A stretch of DNA of 64,000 nt from an uncultured Bacteroidales bacterium (GCA_947311115.1 CAMZKE010000045.1:1425-65424); one strand, 5' to 3'. Positions 15,942-25,419 are shown, numbered from the stretch's first letter. The notes: generated from the sequence alone by a model not told the origin. Translations and numbers: made by a program.

Positions 15942-16368
15942 ACGTTTTTAAATATTCTAACGGTGTAAATATTTGTAAATCAGAAGTGTTAAAATCTTTT
16001 TTATTCCTGGTAATAATTATGTTTATATTATTATTATAAGCACAAGCATTTATTAAACTATCCTCAAAGTCTTTAAAGTTTGAATTTAAAGCATATATAA
16101 CATCTATATCAGATAAATGAATAAGATTAACATAATTAAGTAGCTTTAACACTCCAAACATTGCCGTATCATTATTTGTATAGCGTGAGATTATATAATA
16201 AAGAGTATCTAAACTTAAAGAGGCATAAAAAAGTTTTGCGTTATTGTTTATTAATTTTTTTATAAATTCTTTAACATTATAATCTGTATTTCTATTAGTC
16301 AATATATCAACACATACATTAACATCTAATAGTAAATTTTTAGGCGTGTTTGTTTTTCCTATACTCAT
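15940..16368 (-). CDS. PIN-domain toxin (VapC-like)
   Basis: Track ORF 15940..16419 trimmed to internal Met (MSIGKTNTPKNLLLDVNVCVDIL...). LLDVNV contains the first PIN acidic residue. Sits downstream of, and overlaps, a Phd-like ORF. Confidence 0.6.
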   Translation of the reverse strand: MSIGKTNTPKNLLLDVNVCVDILTNRNTDYNVKEFIKKLINNNAKLFYASLSLDTLYYIISRYTNNDTAMFGVLKLLNYVNLIHLSDIDVIYALNSNFKDFEDSLINACAYNNNINIIITRNKKDFNTSDLQIFTPLEYLKT

Positions 16369-16636
16369 TGTATTCTTTTTTTGTTTTATTATAATCAATA
16401 TCAGCATCAATAATTCCAAGTAATTCGGATATATCTGTATTTAAACTTTCGTTTTTCTCTTTATTATTTAACCTATTCCATTCATCAAAACTAATCATAA
16501 CAATATTAGTTTTTTTGTTGCGATGAATGATAACAACTTCTTTCTTGTCGGATACCTTATCAAGTATAAATTTAGGTTTTCTTGTTAGTTCTGTTATGTT
16601 TATTACTTCCATAATCAAATTTTTTAAATTAAACAT
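16340..16636 (-). CDS. Phd/YefM-type antitoxin
   Basis: 98 aa. VINITELTRKPKFILDKVSDKKEVVIIHRNKKTNIVMISFDEWNRL fits the Phd/YefM N-terminal pattern. Confidence 0.6.
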   Translation of the reverse strand: MFNLKNLIMEVINITELTRKPKFILDKVSDKKEVVIIHRNKKTNIVMISFDEWNRLNNKEKNESLNTDISELLGIIDADIDYNKTKKEYNEYRKNKHA

Positions 16637-16652
16637 TTTTACAAAGATAGTG

Positions 16653-16688
16653 TTTTTCGTCTAATTAGTCAAATGATTAGACGAAAAA
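16653..16688. promoter_or_regulatory. 13-bp perfect palindrome TTTTTCGTCTAAT / ATTAGACGAAAAA upstream of the TA operon (operator candidate)
   Basis: Read directly; 17-52 nt upstream of the antitoxin start codon. Confidence 0.5.
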
Positions 16689-16735
16689 AGACACGCTTAA
16701 TTATTCGTTTAATTAAACAAATTATGTTATTTAAC

Positions 16736-16812
16736 ACTAAAAAACGACTAAAAAACGACTAAAAAACGACTAAAAAACGACTAAAAAAGCACTAAAAAAC
16801 ATCTAAAAAAGC
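16736..16812. repeat. seven tandem 11-bp repeats ACTAAAAAACG (phased A6 tracts)
   Basis: Read directly: four perfect copies, then three variants (ACTAAAAAAGC, ACTAAAAAACA, TCTAAAAAAGC). Confidence 0.9.
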
Positions 16813-16964
16813 ACTAATTTTAGTACCTGAATAGTGCGAAAACACTATCTAAGTTAGTTAATTTAGTAATAAATCAGTAATTTTTTACTTTGGCACGGTT
16901 TTTAACTTGCTTTCATCTAAAAGAGTTTCCTCGTACGATAGTACGAAATAGTAAATAAAAACAT

Positions 16965-17921
16965 TTAGAATAAATCAAACTTTTTAATTTCATTTATTTT
17001 TATTTCATCTACTACTTTTGCATAAATTTGAGTTGTACTTATTTTTTTATGTCCAAGTAATTTACTTATTACCTCTATTGGAATACCTAAACTAAGCCCA
17101 ACCGTTGCAAATGTATGACGTGCTACGTGAAAGGTTAATGTTTTACTTATATCGGTAAGTTTAGCAATTTTCTTTAAATTTTCGTTTGTTTTTTGATTGC
17201 TGACAACACGGAACAAATAACCGTTGTATGATGTAGGTAATAAACTTAATGCTTTATTGTTCAAAGGTACACGAACAAAATCTTTTGTTTTATGCTGTTT
17301 TATTTCAATTATATTATTTACTATATGTTTTGATTGCAAGTTCTTTATATCGGCAAATCTTAACCCTGTATAACACGAAAATAAGAAGTAAGAACAAACG
17401 TTTTTTATTGCCTCGTTGTTTGTTTCGGCTCTTAGTTTTTCAATTTTATTAATTTCTTTTTTTGTTAAAAAATCTCTTTTGCCCTCAATTCTGCCAATTT
17501 TGATACTATTAAAAGGATTGTGTTCTTTTGATATTATACCCTCGTTTATTGCTTTGTTAAGTGTTGATTTCAAAAAAGCATAAGTTTTTAAAATTGTATT
17601 CCTGTTATTACCCAGCTCTACGGTCATATATTTTTCGTATTCATAAATAAACTGCCTGTTAATTTCGTTTAGTTTTAAGTTTTTTCTAAATTTTTTTAGC
17701 TTGCTTTTTTGTGTTCTGTAAGTTTTTTTTGTTTCCTTGCTGTACTGATGAGAGTATTTATTCATAAAAAAATCTACAAAACTGAAAAAATCTAAATCTT
17801 TTTTTTGTGTGTGTTCAATTTTTTTTTGAGCAGAAAAATAACCGTTTAAAATTTCTACATTGCTTGAATTTGTTGAATAATACATATTTTTGTTTTTTGT
17901 GTTAGAAAACATAAAACGCAA
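16965..17921 (-). CDS. int: tyrosine recombinase/integrase of the phage-like element
   Basis: HVARHTFATVGL...LGHKKISTTQIYAKV catalytic block. Adjacent to attR and tRNA-Asp. The true start may be the Met at 17885. Confidence 0.9.
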   Translation of the reverse strand: MRFMFSNTKNKNMYYSTNSSNVEILNGYFSAQKKIEHTQKKDLDFFSFVDFFMNKYSHQYSKETKKTYRTQKSKLKKFRKNLKLNEINRQFIYEYEKYMTVELGNNRNTILKTYAFLKSTLNKAINEGIISKEHNPFNSIKIGRIEGKRDFLTKKEINKIEKLRAETNNEAIKNVCSYFLFSCYTGLRFADIKNLQSKHIVNNIIEIKQHKTKDFVRVPLNNKALSLLPTSYNGYLFRVVSNQKTNENLKKIAKLTDISKTLTFHVARHTFATVGLSLGIPIEVISKLLGHKKISTTQIYAKVVDEIKINEIKKFDLF

Positions 17922-17971
17922 AAATCGGACAAAATATTTTTTTATTTCAAAAAAAAAGTTTATAATTGCGT

Positions 17972-18142
17972 TGCGAAAATCTAAAAAAAATACGATATTT
18001 GTTGAGTAAAGTAATTACTGAAAGATATTTTACACAAAAATTGACCGCTTAGATTTTCGCACAAAAATAAAGCGGTCTTTTTTTATGTTCTTTTTTTAGT
18101 GAATAAAAAAAACGCCCTTCGTGAATTTTTGCGAAAATCTAA
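17972..18142. repeat. three copies of TGCGAAAATCTAA (two direct, one inverted) between int and attR: arm-type site candidates
   Basis: Direct copies at 17972-17984 and 18130-18142; inverted copy TTAGATTTTCGCA at 18049-18061. Confidence 0.55.
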
Positions 18143-18210
18143 GGACGTTTTCAAAAACAAGTTGTGTAACTTGTGTATGTGAGCCTGCAAACTTAGTGTT
18201 TACAGGCGTT

Positions 18211-18223
18211 GCGGTCTGGACGA
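18211..18223. repeat. attR: 13-bp direct repeat GCGGTCTGGACGA inside tRNA-Asp
   Basis: Identical to 3665-3677. Confidence 0.75.
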
Positions 18224-18285
18224 GACTCGAACTCGCGACCCCATGCGTGACAGGCATGTATTCTAACCAACTGAACTACCAAACC
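18212..18285 (-). tRNA. tRNA-Asp (anticodon GTC)
   Basis: Manual fold of the minus strand: GGTTTGG TA GTTC AGTTGGTTA GAAT A CATGC CTGTCAC GCATG GGGTC GCGAG TTCGAGT CTCGT CCAGACC G. The 7-bp acceptor has one G:U pair. GTC is central in the anticodon loop. No encoded CCA. Confidence 0.85.
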
Positions 18286-18368
18286 ATTTTAAGAACTATG
18301 CTTTTGTTTTAAAGCGGTGCAAAGATAAATATTATTTTTTATTTTGCAATAATTTATCAAAAAAAAAT

Positions 18369-19076
18369 CTATTTTTTTAAACTTATTATTTTAAACTCAA
18401 TTCTATTGTTTAAAGCTCTACCTTCTTCAGTATTATTAAATCCTAAAGGAAATCTTAAGCCATATCCTTTTTTTGATAAGCGTTTTTCTTTTATTCCTTT
18501 CTTAACTACATAATTATATACAGTTTCTGCTCTTTGTTCAGAAAGCAACATACTTTGTTTATCATCAAGTGTATTATCTGTGTGTGCAGATATTTCTATT
18601 ACAATTTTTTTATTTCTTTTTAAAAACTGAACAAATCTATTTAATTCTAATTCTGATTCTGGTTTTAAAACAGCAGTTTTATCTTTAAAAAAAATATTAT
18701 TTAATCTAACAACTTGATCTTTTTTTAGTGGAGCAAGAAAAAGATTCTGTTCATCAATTTCTGTATATTTTTCAAGCTTAGTAACATCTAGAGATTTTGT
18801 TACACTATAATAACCTTCTGCAAGAGCCATATACCCATATTTTTTTCCATAAGGCAGAATTATTTGATACTTTCCATCACGAGGGTCAATACGGGCAACT
18901 CCGGCTTCGTTTCCTGTCGATAAAACTTCGTATACAATTCTAACATCTACATCAACAGGCATCATATTCCTTTCGTTTAATACTTTTCCTTTTATTAAAA
19001 CTACAGGTTTGCTCGATTGACCGTATATTACAAGACTTAGAAATAAAAATATTACTGTGTGTGTTTTTCGGTGCAT
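18369..19076 (-). CDS. OmpA-family protein with N-terminal carboxypeptidase-regulatory-like domain
   Basis: C-terminal IEISAHTDNT...SEQRAETVYNYVV...NNRIEFKI OmpA-C pattern. Start trimmed to ATG 19076 (MHRKTHTVIFLFLSLVIYGQ signal peptide). Confidence 0.75.
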   Translation of the reverse strand: MHRKTHTVIFLFLSLVIYGQSSKPVVLIKGKVLNERNMMPVDVDVRIVYEVLSTGNEAGVARIDPRDGKYQIILPYGKKYGYMALAEGYYSVTKSLDVTKLEKYTEIDEQNLFLAPLKKDQVVRLNNIFFKDKTAVLKPESELELNRFVQFLKRNKKIVIEISAHTDNTLDDKQSMLLSEQRAETVYNYVVKKGIKEKRLSKKGYGLRFPLGFNNTEEGRALNNRIEFKIISLKK

Positions 19077-19155
19077 AATAATATTATTTTTCTTCGAAAA
19101 TATTAAATATTTTACTAAAAATACCAATAAATATACGCTTGTTAATAAATAATTA

Positions 19156-19716
19156 CTATTTGTTAAATTGATTCATAGTTCTTTCAATTCCAATTGTCCC
19201 ATAACTTTTTATTATCTGAATACAAGTATCAATATGATTATCTAATTCTTTTCTTTCTAACTCTGTCCATTTACCTAATACAAAATCAACTTGTTTCCCT
19301 TTTAAAAATTCATCACCAATTCCAAATCTTAATCTAGGATAAGCTGATGTATTTAAAACTTGTTGAATACTTTTTAAACCATTGTGCCCTGCGTCTCCTC
19401 CTTTAGGTTTTAGACGAAGTGTTCCGTAAGGTAATGCTAAATCATCAACTACTACTAAGGATTTATTAATTGGTATTTTTTCTTTTTGCAACCAATAATT
19501 AACGGCTTTACCACTTAAATTTACGTAAGTATTTGGCTTTAAGAGTATAAACGTTCTTCCTTTAAATTTTACATAAGCTACAGAACCATAACGCTGCTCC
19601 TTAAAAACAGTTTTGGACGCATCTACAAGAGCGTCCAAAACCATAAATCCTATATTATGACGAGTATTTTTATACTCATCACCTATATTTCCTAATCCTG
19701 TGATTAAATATTTCAC
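19156..19716 (-). CDS. pth: peptidyl-tRNA hydrolase
   Basis: MKYLITGLGNIGDEYKNTRHNIGF and GGDAGHNGLKSI motifs. Confidence 0.9.
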   Translation of the reverse strand: MKYLITGLGNIGDEYKNTRHNIGFMVLDALVDASKTVFKEQRYGSVAYVKFKGRTFILLKPNTYVNLSGKAVNYWLQKEKIPINKSLVVVDDLALPYGTLRLKPKGGDAGHNGLKSIQQVLNTSAYPRLRFGIGDEFLKGKQVDFVLGKWTELERKELDNHIDTCIQIIKSYGTIGIERTMNQFNK

Positions 19717-19727
19717 AGTTTTAAATA

Positions 19728-20360
19728 TTACTCTTCAGTTTTATCTGCAGTATCACCTTCAGTTCCTTCAGCTCCTTCTTCTGCATCTTCTTCTGCAGAA
19801 GCACTTTCACTTCTTGCAACTCTTGTTACTTTTACAGCGCATACAATTGAATTTGCAGGGTCTAATAACTCAAGGTTTTTAAAATTTAAATCTCCAATTT
19901 TAATTCCTTTTCCAATTACTAGATGCTCTACATTTATTTCAAACACCTCAGGCATATCTGAAACGAGACCTTTTACTTTTAAGCGTCTTAGGTTAAGAAC
20001 CATGCGTCCACCATCTAAAACTCCTTTTGCTGCACCAACTAATTTAACAGGTAAAGCTGTTTTAACTGGTTTATTATCTACAACCTCAATAAAATCAATA
20101 TGCATTATATTGTCTTTTACCGGATGAAATTGCAATTCTTGAATTATTGCTTTGTGTTTAGCACCATCAATATCAATATTTATTTCAAATACATCTGGAG
20201 TATAAACTATTTTTTTAAATTCATTTTCGTGAGCATAAAAATTTACATTTTTATCTCCTCCATACAAATTACAAGGAACCATTCCTTCTTTGCGTAAATT
20301 TTTTGTTGCTTTCTTTCCCAACTCTGTTCTTAGAGTTCCTTTAATATCAATACTTTTCAT
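19728..20360 (-). CDS. rplY: 50S ribosomal protein L25/general stress protein Ctc
   Basis: LRTELGKKATKNLRKEGMVPCNLYGG N-terminus, acidic C-terminal tail, conserved pth neighbourhood. Confidence 0.85.
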   Translation of the reverse strand: MKSIDIKGTLRTELGKKATKNLRKEGMVPCNLYGGDKNVNFYAHENEFKKIVYTPDVFEINIDIDGAKHKAIIQELQFHPVKDNIMHIDFIEVVDNKPVKTALPVKLVGAAKGVLDGGRMVLNLRRLKVKGLVSDMPEVFEINVEHLVIGKGIKIGDLNFKNLELLDPANSIVCAVKVTRVARSESASAEEDAEEGAEGTEGDTADKTEE

Positions 20361-20456
20361 TATATAAATAATATTATGCTACTAGGAATCAAGATTTTCA
20401 AGTTTCCCCATCACATGTTTGACTTTTTAAATAGTTTGCAAAAGTAATACTTTTAT

Positions 20457-21398
20457 TTAAACAATAAAACTATTACTAATAGATTCGTAATGATAAACTT
20501 TATTTATTGTTTCTGCAAAAATATCAGCGACAGATAAAACCTTTATTTTTTCACAATCAGGATTTACAGGAATAGAATCGCTAACAATAAGCTCTGTTAA
20601 ATCAGAATTTTTTATTCTATCATAAGCAGGACCTGATAAAACAGGATGTGTAGCTATAGCTCTCACACTCTTGGCTCCTCTGGAAATCATTATACCGGCT
20701 GCTTTTGTTACTGTTCCTGCAGTGTCAATCATATCATCAAGAATAATAACATTTTTATCTTTTACCTCACCAATAACTGTCATTTCACCTACCTCGTTTG
20801 CTTTATCTCTTGATTTATGAGAAACAACCATCGGACAACCTAGAAATTTAGAATATGCATTTGCTCGTTTTGCACCTCCCATATCAGGAGAGGCAATAAC
20901 TAAATTATCTAAATTTAACGATTTAATATATGGAACAAATACTGATGAAGCGTATATATGGTCAACAGGGACATTGAAAAAACCTTGTATTTGGTCTGCA
21001 TGCAAATCCATTGTCATTACACGACTTACGCCTGCTGCTGTTAATAAATCTGCCATTAGTTTTGCTCCAATAGAAACACGTGGCCTATCTTTTCTGTCTT
21101 GACGAGCAAAACCAAAATATGGAATTACTGCAATTATTTTATATGCTGATGCTCGTTTAGCGGCATCAATCATTAATAATAATTCAAAAAGATTTTCGGT
21201 TGGTGCAAATGTTGATTGCACAATAAATACATGTTTACCTCTAACTGTTTCGTCAAACGATGGTACAAATTCGCCATCGCTAAACTGTACTACTGATGAT
21301 TTACCTAATGTTGTGCCATAGGCTTTAACAATTTTTTCTGCTATATACTTGCTTTCTCTCCCCGAAAAAAACTTTATACTTGAGTTATCTGCTCTCAT
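20457..21398 (-). CDS. prs: ribose-phosphate pyrophosphokinase
   Basis: DLHADQIQGFFNVPVDH and VIILDDMIDTAGT PRPP-binding motifs. Confidence 0.9.
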   Translation of the reverse strand: MRADNSSIKFFSGRESKYIAEKIVKAYGTTLGKSSVVQFSDGEFVPSFDETVRGKHVFIVQSTFAPTENLFELLLMIDAAKRASAYKIIAVIPYFGFARQDRKDRPRVSIGAKLMADLLTAAGVSRVMTMDLHADQIQGFFNVPVDHIYASSVFVPYIKSLNLDNLVIASPDMGGAKRANAYSKFLGCPMVVSHKSRDKANEVGEMTVIGEVKDKNVIILDDMIDTAGTVTKAAGIMISRGAKSVRAIATHPVLSGPAYDRIKNSDLTELIVSDSIPVNPDCEKIKVLSVADIFAETINKVYHYESISNSFIV

Positions 21399-21537
21399 TA
21401 TTAAATAATTATTTATTAAGTTACAAACTTAGATATTTGTATTCTAATTTTTACTTTTTATTATTAACAATTAGCAAACATTTTTTAACCAAAAAGGCTA
21501 TTTCAATATAATTTCAAGAAAAACACTCTTAAGTAAA

Positions 21538-22524
21538 TTATTTTAAATGATTTATGAAGTTTTTCTTTATTTTATAGTAATCTGAATAACTAAAAACACA
21601 TTCCTTTAAACAAATAGAACAGCCTTTATTATCGTTAAAATATGGCAAACATTTACTTCTTATAATATGCGTTTCTCGTTTTGAAGGATGTATTATTGGT
21701 TTTTCTAAAATTGCTATAGGAGGACATTTTCTAATACATTTATTGCAAGAATCGCAAAACTGTTTAATCCAATCATGATTATTATTATCGGTAATGGGTA
21801 GGTTTTCAATACTTGTAAAAATTGCGGATATTCGTTGCCTAGCTCCAAATTCAGGAGTTATTAATAATCCATGCTTTCCTAAGCAGCCTAATCCGGCTTT
21901 TTTTGCTAATGGAGGATAAAGAACTAAGCCACCTAATGGGTGACTTGCCTGTGCATAAAAATTATTATTTCTTAAATATTCACTTAGTTTATTTGTTATA
22001 ATTCCTAAATCATCATAAGTTTCAAATACAGCACTAAAAGTTTCAATACTCGGTGCTTTTGCAATTTTTCCTTTATCCATTTCTTTTATAAGTACAATTG
22101 CATTATTGTAACGTATTGCTCGTTCTTTAAAAATTAATTCGCGAGGAATTTTAGTAAAACCAATTTGCTTTATACCTAACGACTCAGCATATTTCACAAA
22201 CTTGCTTAATTGCTTTTGTGATATTTCATTATTTGGATTGTTTGGATTTTTATTTATTGATTTTATTGCTATTCTGCCCTGTTTTATACATGATTTAAGA
22301 TATTTACCAATTACCTTAATGTTTTGCATGCTAAAAGGTATTTCACCTCCTTTTGCTATCTTTTTAGGGTTAGGCCATGTTTTTTCCGGTGATAATTCAG
22401 ATGATAATATAAAATTATTATTTTTAGTTAATTGTTTTTCAAGATTAAACCATTTAGTAACTTTAAATTGGATTATTCGAAGTATTAATTTTTCAATAAT
22501 ATTATACTTTTTACTCATTAACAA
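21538..22524 (-). CDS. 4Fe-4S dicluster protein of the QueG/reductive-dehalogenase-like superfamily
   Basis: C-terminal CDSCNKCIRKCP and CSICLKEC cysteine clusters. Exact function not resolvable from sequence. Confidence 0.45.
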   Translation of the reverse strand: MLMSKKYNIIEKLILRIIQFKVTKWFNLEKQLTKNNNFILSSELSPEKTWPNPKKIAKGGEIPFSMQNIKVIGKYLKSCIKQGRIAIKSINKNPNNPNNEISQKQLSKFVKYAESLGIKQIGFTKIPRELIFKERAIRYNNAIVLIKEMDKGKIAKAPSIETFSAVFETYDDLGIITNKLSEYLRNNNFYAQASHPLGGLVLYPPLAKKAGLGCLGKHGLLITPEFGARQRISAIFTSIENLPITDNNNHDWIKQFCDSCNKCIRKCPPIAILEKPIIHPSKRETHIIRSKCLPYFNDNKGCSICLKECVFSYSDYYKIKKNFINHLK

Positions 22525-22567
22525 AGAATTGTTTTCTTCAAATTTACAATTATTTAACCAATAAAAA

Positions 22568-22595
22568 AAGGCTAACTCAATAAAGAGAAAGCCTT
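22568..22595 (-). terminator. candidate terminator of the sdh operon
   Basis: AAGGCT...AGCCTT stem, followed on the minus strand by a T-run. Confidence 0.4.
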
Positions 22596-22618
22596 AAATA
22601 AATATATTTTACTAAATT

Positions 22619-22710
22619 AATCTTCTCGCCTCAAGCGAACGAGGTATCATTATAGAAAACAATATTCAATACGCCCAAGAGGCAGGGAATTTAACCCAAA
22701 CAGATTAAAT
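22619..22710. repeat. dispersed ~95-bp intergenic element, copy 1
   Basis: Conserved ends AATCTTCTCGCC.CAAGCG.ACGAGGTATCA and GGGAATT.AA.CCCAAACAGATTAAAT are shared with the reverse complements of 49409-49509 and 58374-58468. Confidence 0.8.
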
Positions 22711-23453
22711 TAGTCTCTTGCCGAAGCACATAAAAACTCACGATTAAGTCGAGCAATATGCGAAATTGAAATTCCCTTTGGGCATTCTATTTCGCAAGCA
22801 CCAGTGTTAGTACAGTTACCGAAGCCAAGCTCATCCATAGTAGCAATCATTGCCTTAGCACGTCTTGCCCCTTCAACTTTACCTTGTGGTAATAATGCAA
22901 GTTGTGAAACTTTATTAGCAACAAATAACATTGCTGATGAGTTTTTACAAGTAGCAACACAAGCACCACAACCAATACATGTAGCGGCATCCATAGCCTC
23001 ATCAGATTCAATTTTGCCAATTGCAATTGCATTAGCATCAGGAACACCTCCTGTGTTAACTGAAACATAACCCCCTGCTTGTAAAATTTTATCGTAAGCT
23101 GTACGGTCAACCATTAAATCCTTTATTACAGGAAAACCACCCGAACGCCAAGGCTCAATAGTAATAGTATCTCCATCTTTAAACTTACGCATATGCAATT
23201 GACAAGTAGTAATTTCTGTATCAGGTCCGTGTGCTCTACCGTTAATGTATAGTGAACACATTCCGCAAATACCTTCTCTACAATCGTGGTCGAAAGCAAT
23301 AGGCTCAGTACCCTGTGCAAGAAGTTGCTCATTTAAAACGTCCAACATTTCTAAGAATGATGAGTCTTCAGTTATATTAGCAATCTGATATTCTTCAAAC
23401 TGACCTTTTGATGTGGCATCTTTTTGACGCCAAGCTTTTATTTTTAAGTCCAT
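22710..23453 (-). CDS. sdhB: succinate dehydrogenase/fumarate reductase iron-sulfur subunit
   Basis: [26 protein letters not shown] and [15 protein letters not shown] cluster motifs. Confidence 0.9.
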   Translation of the reverse strand: MDLKIKAWRQKDATSKGQFEEYQIANITEDSSFLEMLDVLNEQLLAQGTEPIAFDHDCREGICGMCSLYINGRAHGPDTEITTCQLHMRKFKDGDTITIEPWRSGGFPVIKDLMVDRTAYDKILQAGGYVSVNTGGVPDANAIAIGKIESDEAMDAATCIGCGACVATCKNSSAMLFVANKVSQLALLPQGKVEGARRAKAMIATMDELGFGNCTNTGACEIECPKGISISHIARLNREFLCASARD

Positions 23454-23463
23454 TTTTCTTCTT

Positions 23464-25404
23464 TTACTTGTAGTTTCTAACTTTTACCTCAATAGCTTCA
23501 TACTTTAACTCTTCTTTGTGTAACTCAGGAGCAACATCATCGCCTTTATATTCCCAAGCTGCAACATAAGTAAAGTTAGCATCATCACGTTTTGCTTCAC
23601 CTTCTTCTGTTTGGTGTTCTTCACGGAAATGACCACCTGCAGATTCTTCACGATGTAAAGCATCTCTTGCCATTAATTCTCCTAATTCAAGAAAATCGGC
23701 AACACGGTTAGCTTTTTCAAGCTCAATATTCAAACTATCAGCAGTTCCAGGAACTTTTACTTCTTTCCAAAATTCTTTACGTAATGCTGAGATTTTCTCT
23801 ATAGCTGTTTCTAAACCTTTTTTGTTACGAGCCATTCCTACATTATCCCACATTATATGGCCTAATTCTTTATGAATAGAATCAACTGTACGAGAACCTT
23901 GAATACTCATTAATTTGTCGATATGTGCAATAACATTAGCTTTTGCATCAATAAATTCTTTAACTTCATCAACATTCATACGTGGTGTATGAATTTCGTC
24001 AGCCAAATAATTTTGAATTGTAAATGGTAAAACAAAATATCCATCGGCTAAACCTTGCATTAATGCAGATGCACCTAAACGGTTAGCTCCGTGGTCAGAG
24101 AAATTAGCTTCTCCTGCCGCATATAACCCGGGAATAGATGTCATTAACTCGTAATCAACCCAAATACCACCCATTGTATAGTGAATAGCAGGGTAAATCA
24201 TCATTGGCGTTTTATATGGATTTTCATCAACAATTTTTTCGTACATTTGGAATAAATTTCCATAACGTTCGCGAATTAAGTCTTCTCCTAATCGCTCAAT
24301 TGCCGATTTAAAATCTAAATAAACTGCCTGTCCTGTTCCAACACCAAAACCGGCATCGCAACGTTCTTTAGCAGCACGCGATGCAACATCACGAGGTACT
24401 AAGTTACCAAAAGCAGGATATCTTCTTTCTAAATAATAATCTCTTTGTTCTTCTGTTAAATCTGTTGGTTTTAATCTACCTTCACGAATTGCAACAGAAT
24501 CTTCAATATTTTTTGGTACCCAAATTCTTCCATCGTTACGAAGAGATTCCGACATCAAAGTTAATTTTGATTGAAAATCGCCATGAACAGGAATACATGT
24601 AGGGTGAATTTGAACATAGCAAGGGTTAGCCATGTACGCACCTTTCTTATATGCTTTCCATGCCGCAGAACCATTACTTCCCATAGCATTTGTTGATAAG
24701 AAAAATAAATTACCATAACCACCTGTTGCTAGTACAACTGCATGACCAAAATGAGCTTTTATTTCTCCTGTAATAAGGTTACGAGTAATAATACCGCGAG
24801 CCTTACCATCAACTACTACAACGTCCATCATTTCAGTACGATTATGCATTTCAACAGTACCTGCATGAATTTGACGATTTAAAGCACCATAAGCACCTAA
24901 AAGTAATTGTTGTCCGGTTTGACCACGAGCATAAAATGTACGACTTACTTGAGCACCACCAAATGAACGGTTAGCTAGAAGTCCGCCATATTCGCGTGCA
25001 AAAGGTACACCTTGTGCAACACATTGGTCAATTATATCGTTTGATACTTGGGCAAGACGATATACGTTAGCTTCTCTAGCACGATAATCTCCACCTTTTA
25101 CTGTATCATAAAATAAACGGTAAATTGAATCACCATCGTTTGGATAATTTTTTGCTGCATTAATTCCTCCCTGAGCTGCAATAGAGTGAGCTCTACGAGG
25201 AGAGTCTTGGTAACAAAAAACTTTTACTTTAAAACCTAGTTCGCCAAAACTTGCTGCGGCAGCACCACCTGCAAGACCTGTACCAACTACAATTATATCT
25301 AATTTACGTTTATTAGCAGGGTTAACAAGTCCTTGATGTGCCTTGTAATTATCCCATTTTTCTGCTACTAAACCTTCTGGTATTTTTGAATCTAATTTTG
25401 TCAT
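23464..25404 (-). CDS. sdhA: succinate dehydrogenase/fumarate reductase flavoprotein subunit
   Basis: FAD-binding [37 protein letters not shown]. Confidence 0.9.
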   Translation of the reverse strand: MTKLDSKIPEGLVAEKWDNYKAHQGLVNPANKRKLDIIVVGTGLAGGAAAASFGELGFKVKVFCYQDSPRRAHSIAAQGGINAAKNYPNDGDSIYRLFYDTVKGGDYRAREANVYRLAQVSNDIIDQCVAQGVPFAREYGGLLANRSFGGAQVSRTFYARGQTGQQLLLGAYGALNRQIHAGTVEMHNRTEMMDVVVVDGKARGIITRNLITGEIKAHFGHAVVLATGGYGNLFFLSTNAMGSNGSAAWKAYKKGAYMANPCYVQIHPTCIPVHGDFQSKLTLMSESLRNDGRIWVPKNIEDSVAIREGRLKPTDLTEEQRDYYLERRYPAFGNLVPRDVASRAAKERCDAGFGVGTGQAVYLDFKSAIERLGEDLIRERYGNLFQMYEKIVDENPYKTPMMIYPAIHYTMGGIWVDYELMTSIPGLYAAGEANFSDHGANRLGASALMQGLADGYFVLPFTIQNYLADEIHTPRMNVDEVKEFIDAKANVIAHIDKLMSIQGSRTVDSIHKELGHIMWDNVGMARNKKGLETAIEKISALRKEFWKEVKVPGTADSLNIELEKANRVADFLELGELMARDALHREESAGGHFREEHQTEEGEAKRDDANFTYVAAWEYKGDDVAPELHKEELKYEAIEVKVRNYK

Positions 25405-25419
25405 CTTAATATATTAAAT

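Larger units (their letters stand above)
3665..18223. mobile_element. integrated ~14.6-kb phage-like rolling-circle element in the 3' end of tRNA-Asp
   Basis: 13-bp direct repeats at both ends. Integrase sits next to the intact tRNA. Carries a Rep/SSB module, iterons, membrane-protein-rich late block, M15 peptidase, holin-like gene and a TA pair. Confidence 0.75.

Noticed and set aside
3665-18223. Ordinary tailed prophage or a phage satellite
   Set aside because: I scanned every ORF over 60 aa for terminase, portal, tail tape-measure length proteins and P-loop motifs and found none. The size and the Rep/SSB module also argue against a caudovirus. A satellite seems unlikely given its own lysis genes, though this cannot be excluded without searches.
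18121-18312. 63-aa + strand ORF
   Set aside because: It overlaps the antisense of tRNA-Asp (18212-18285).
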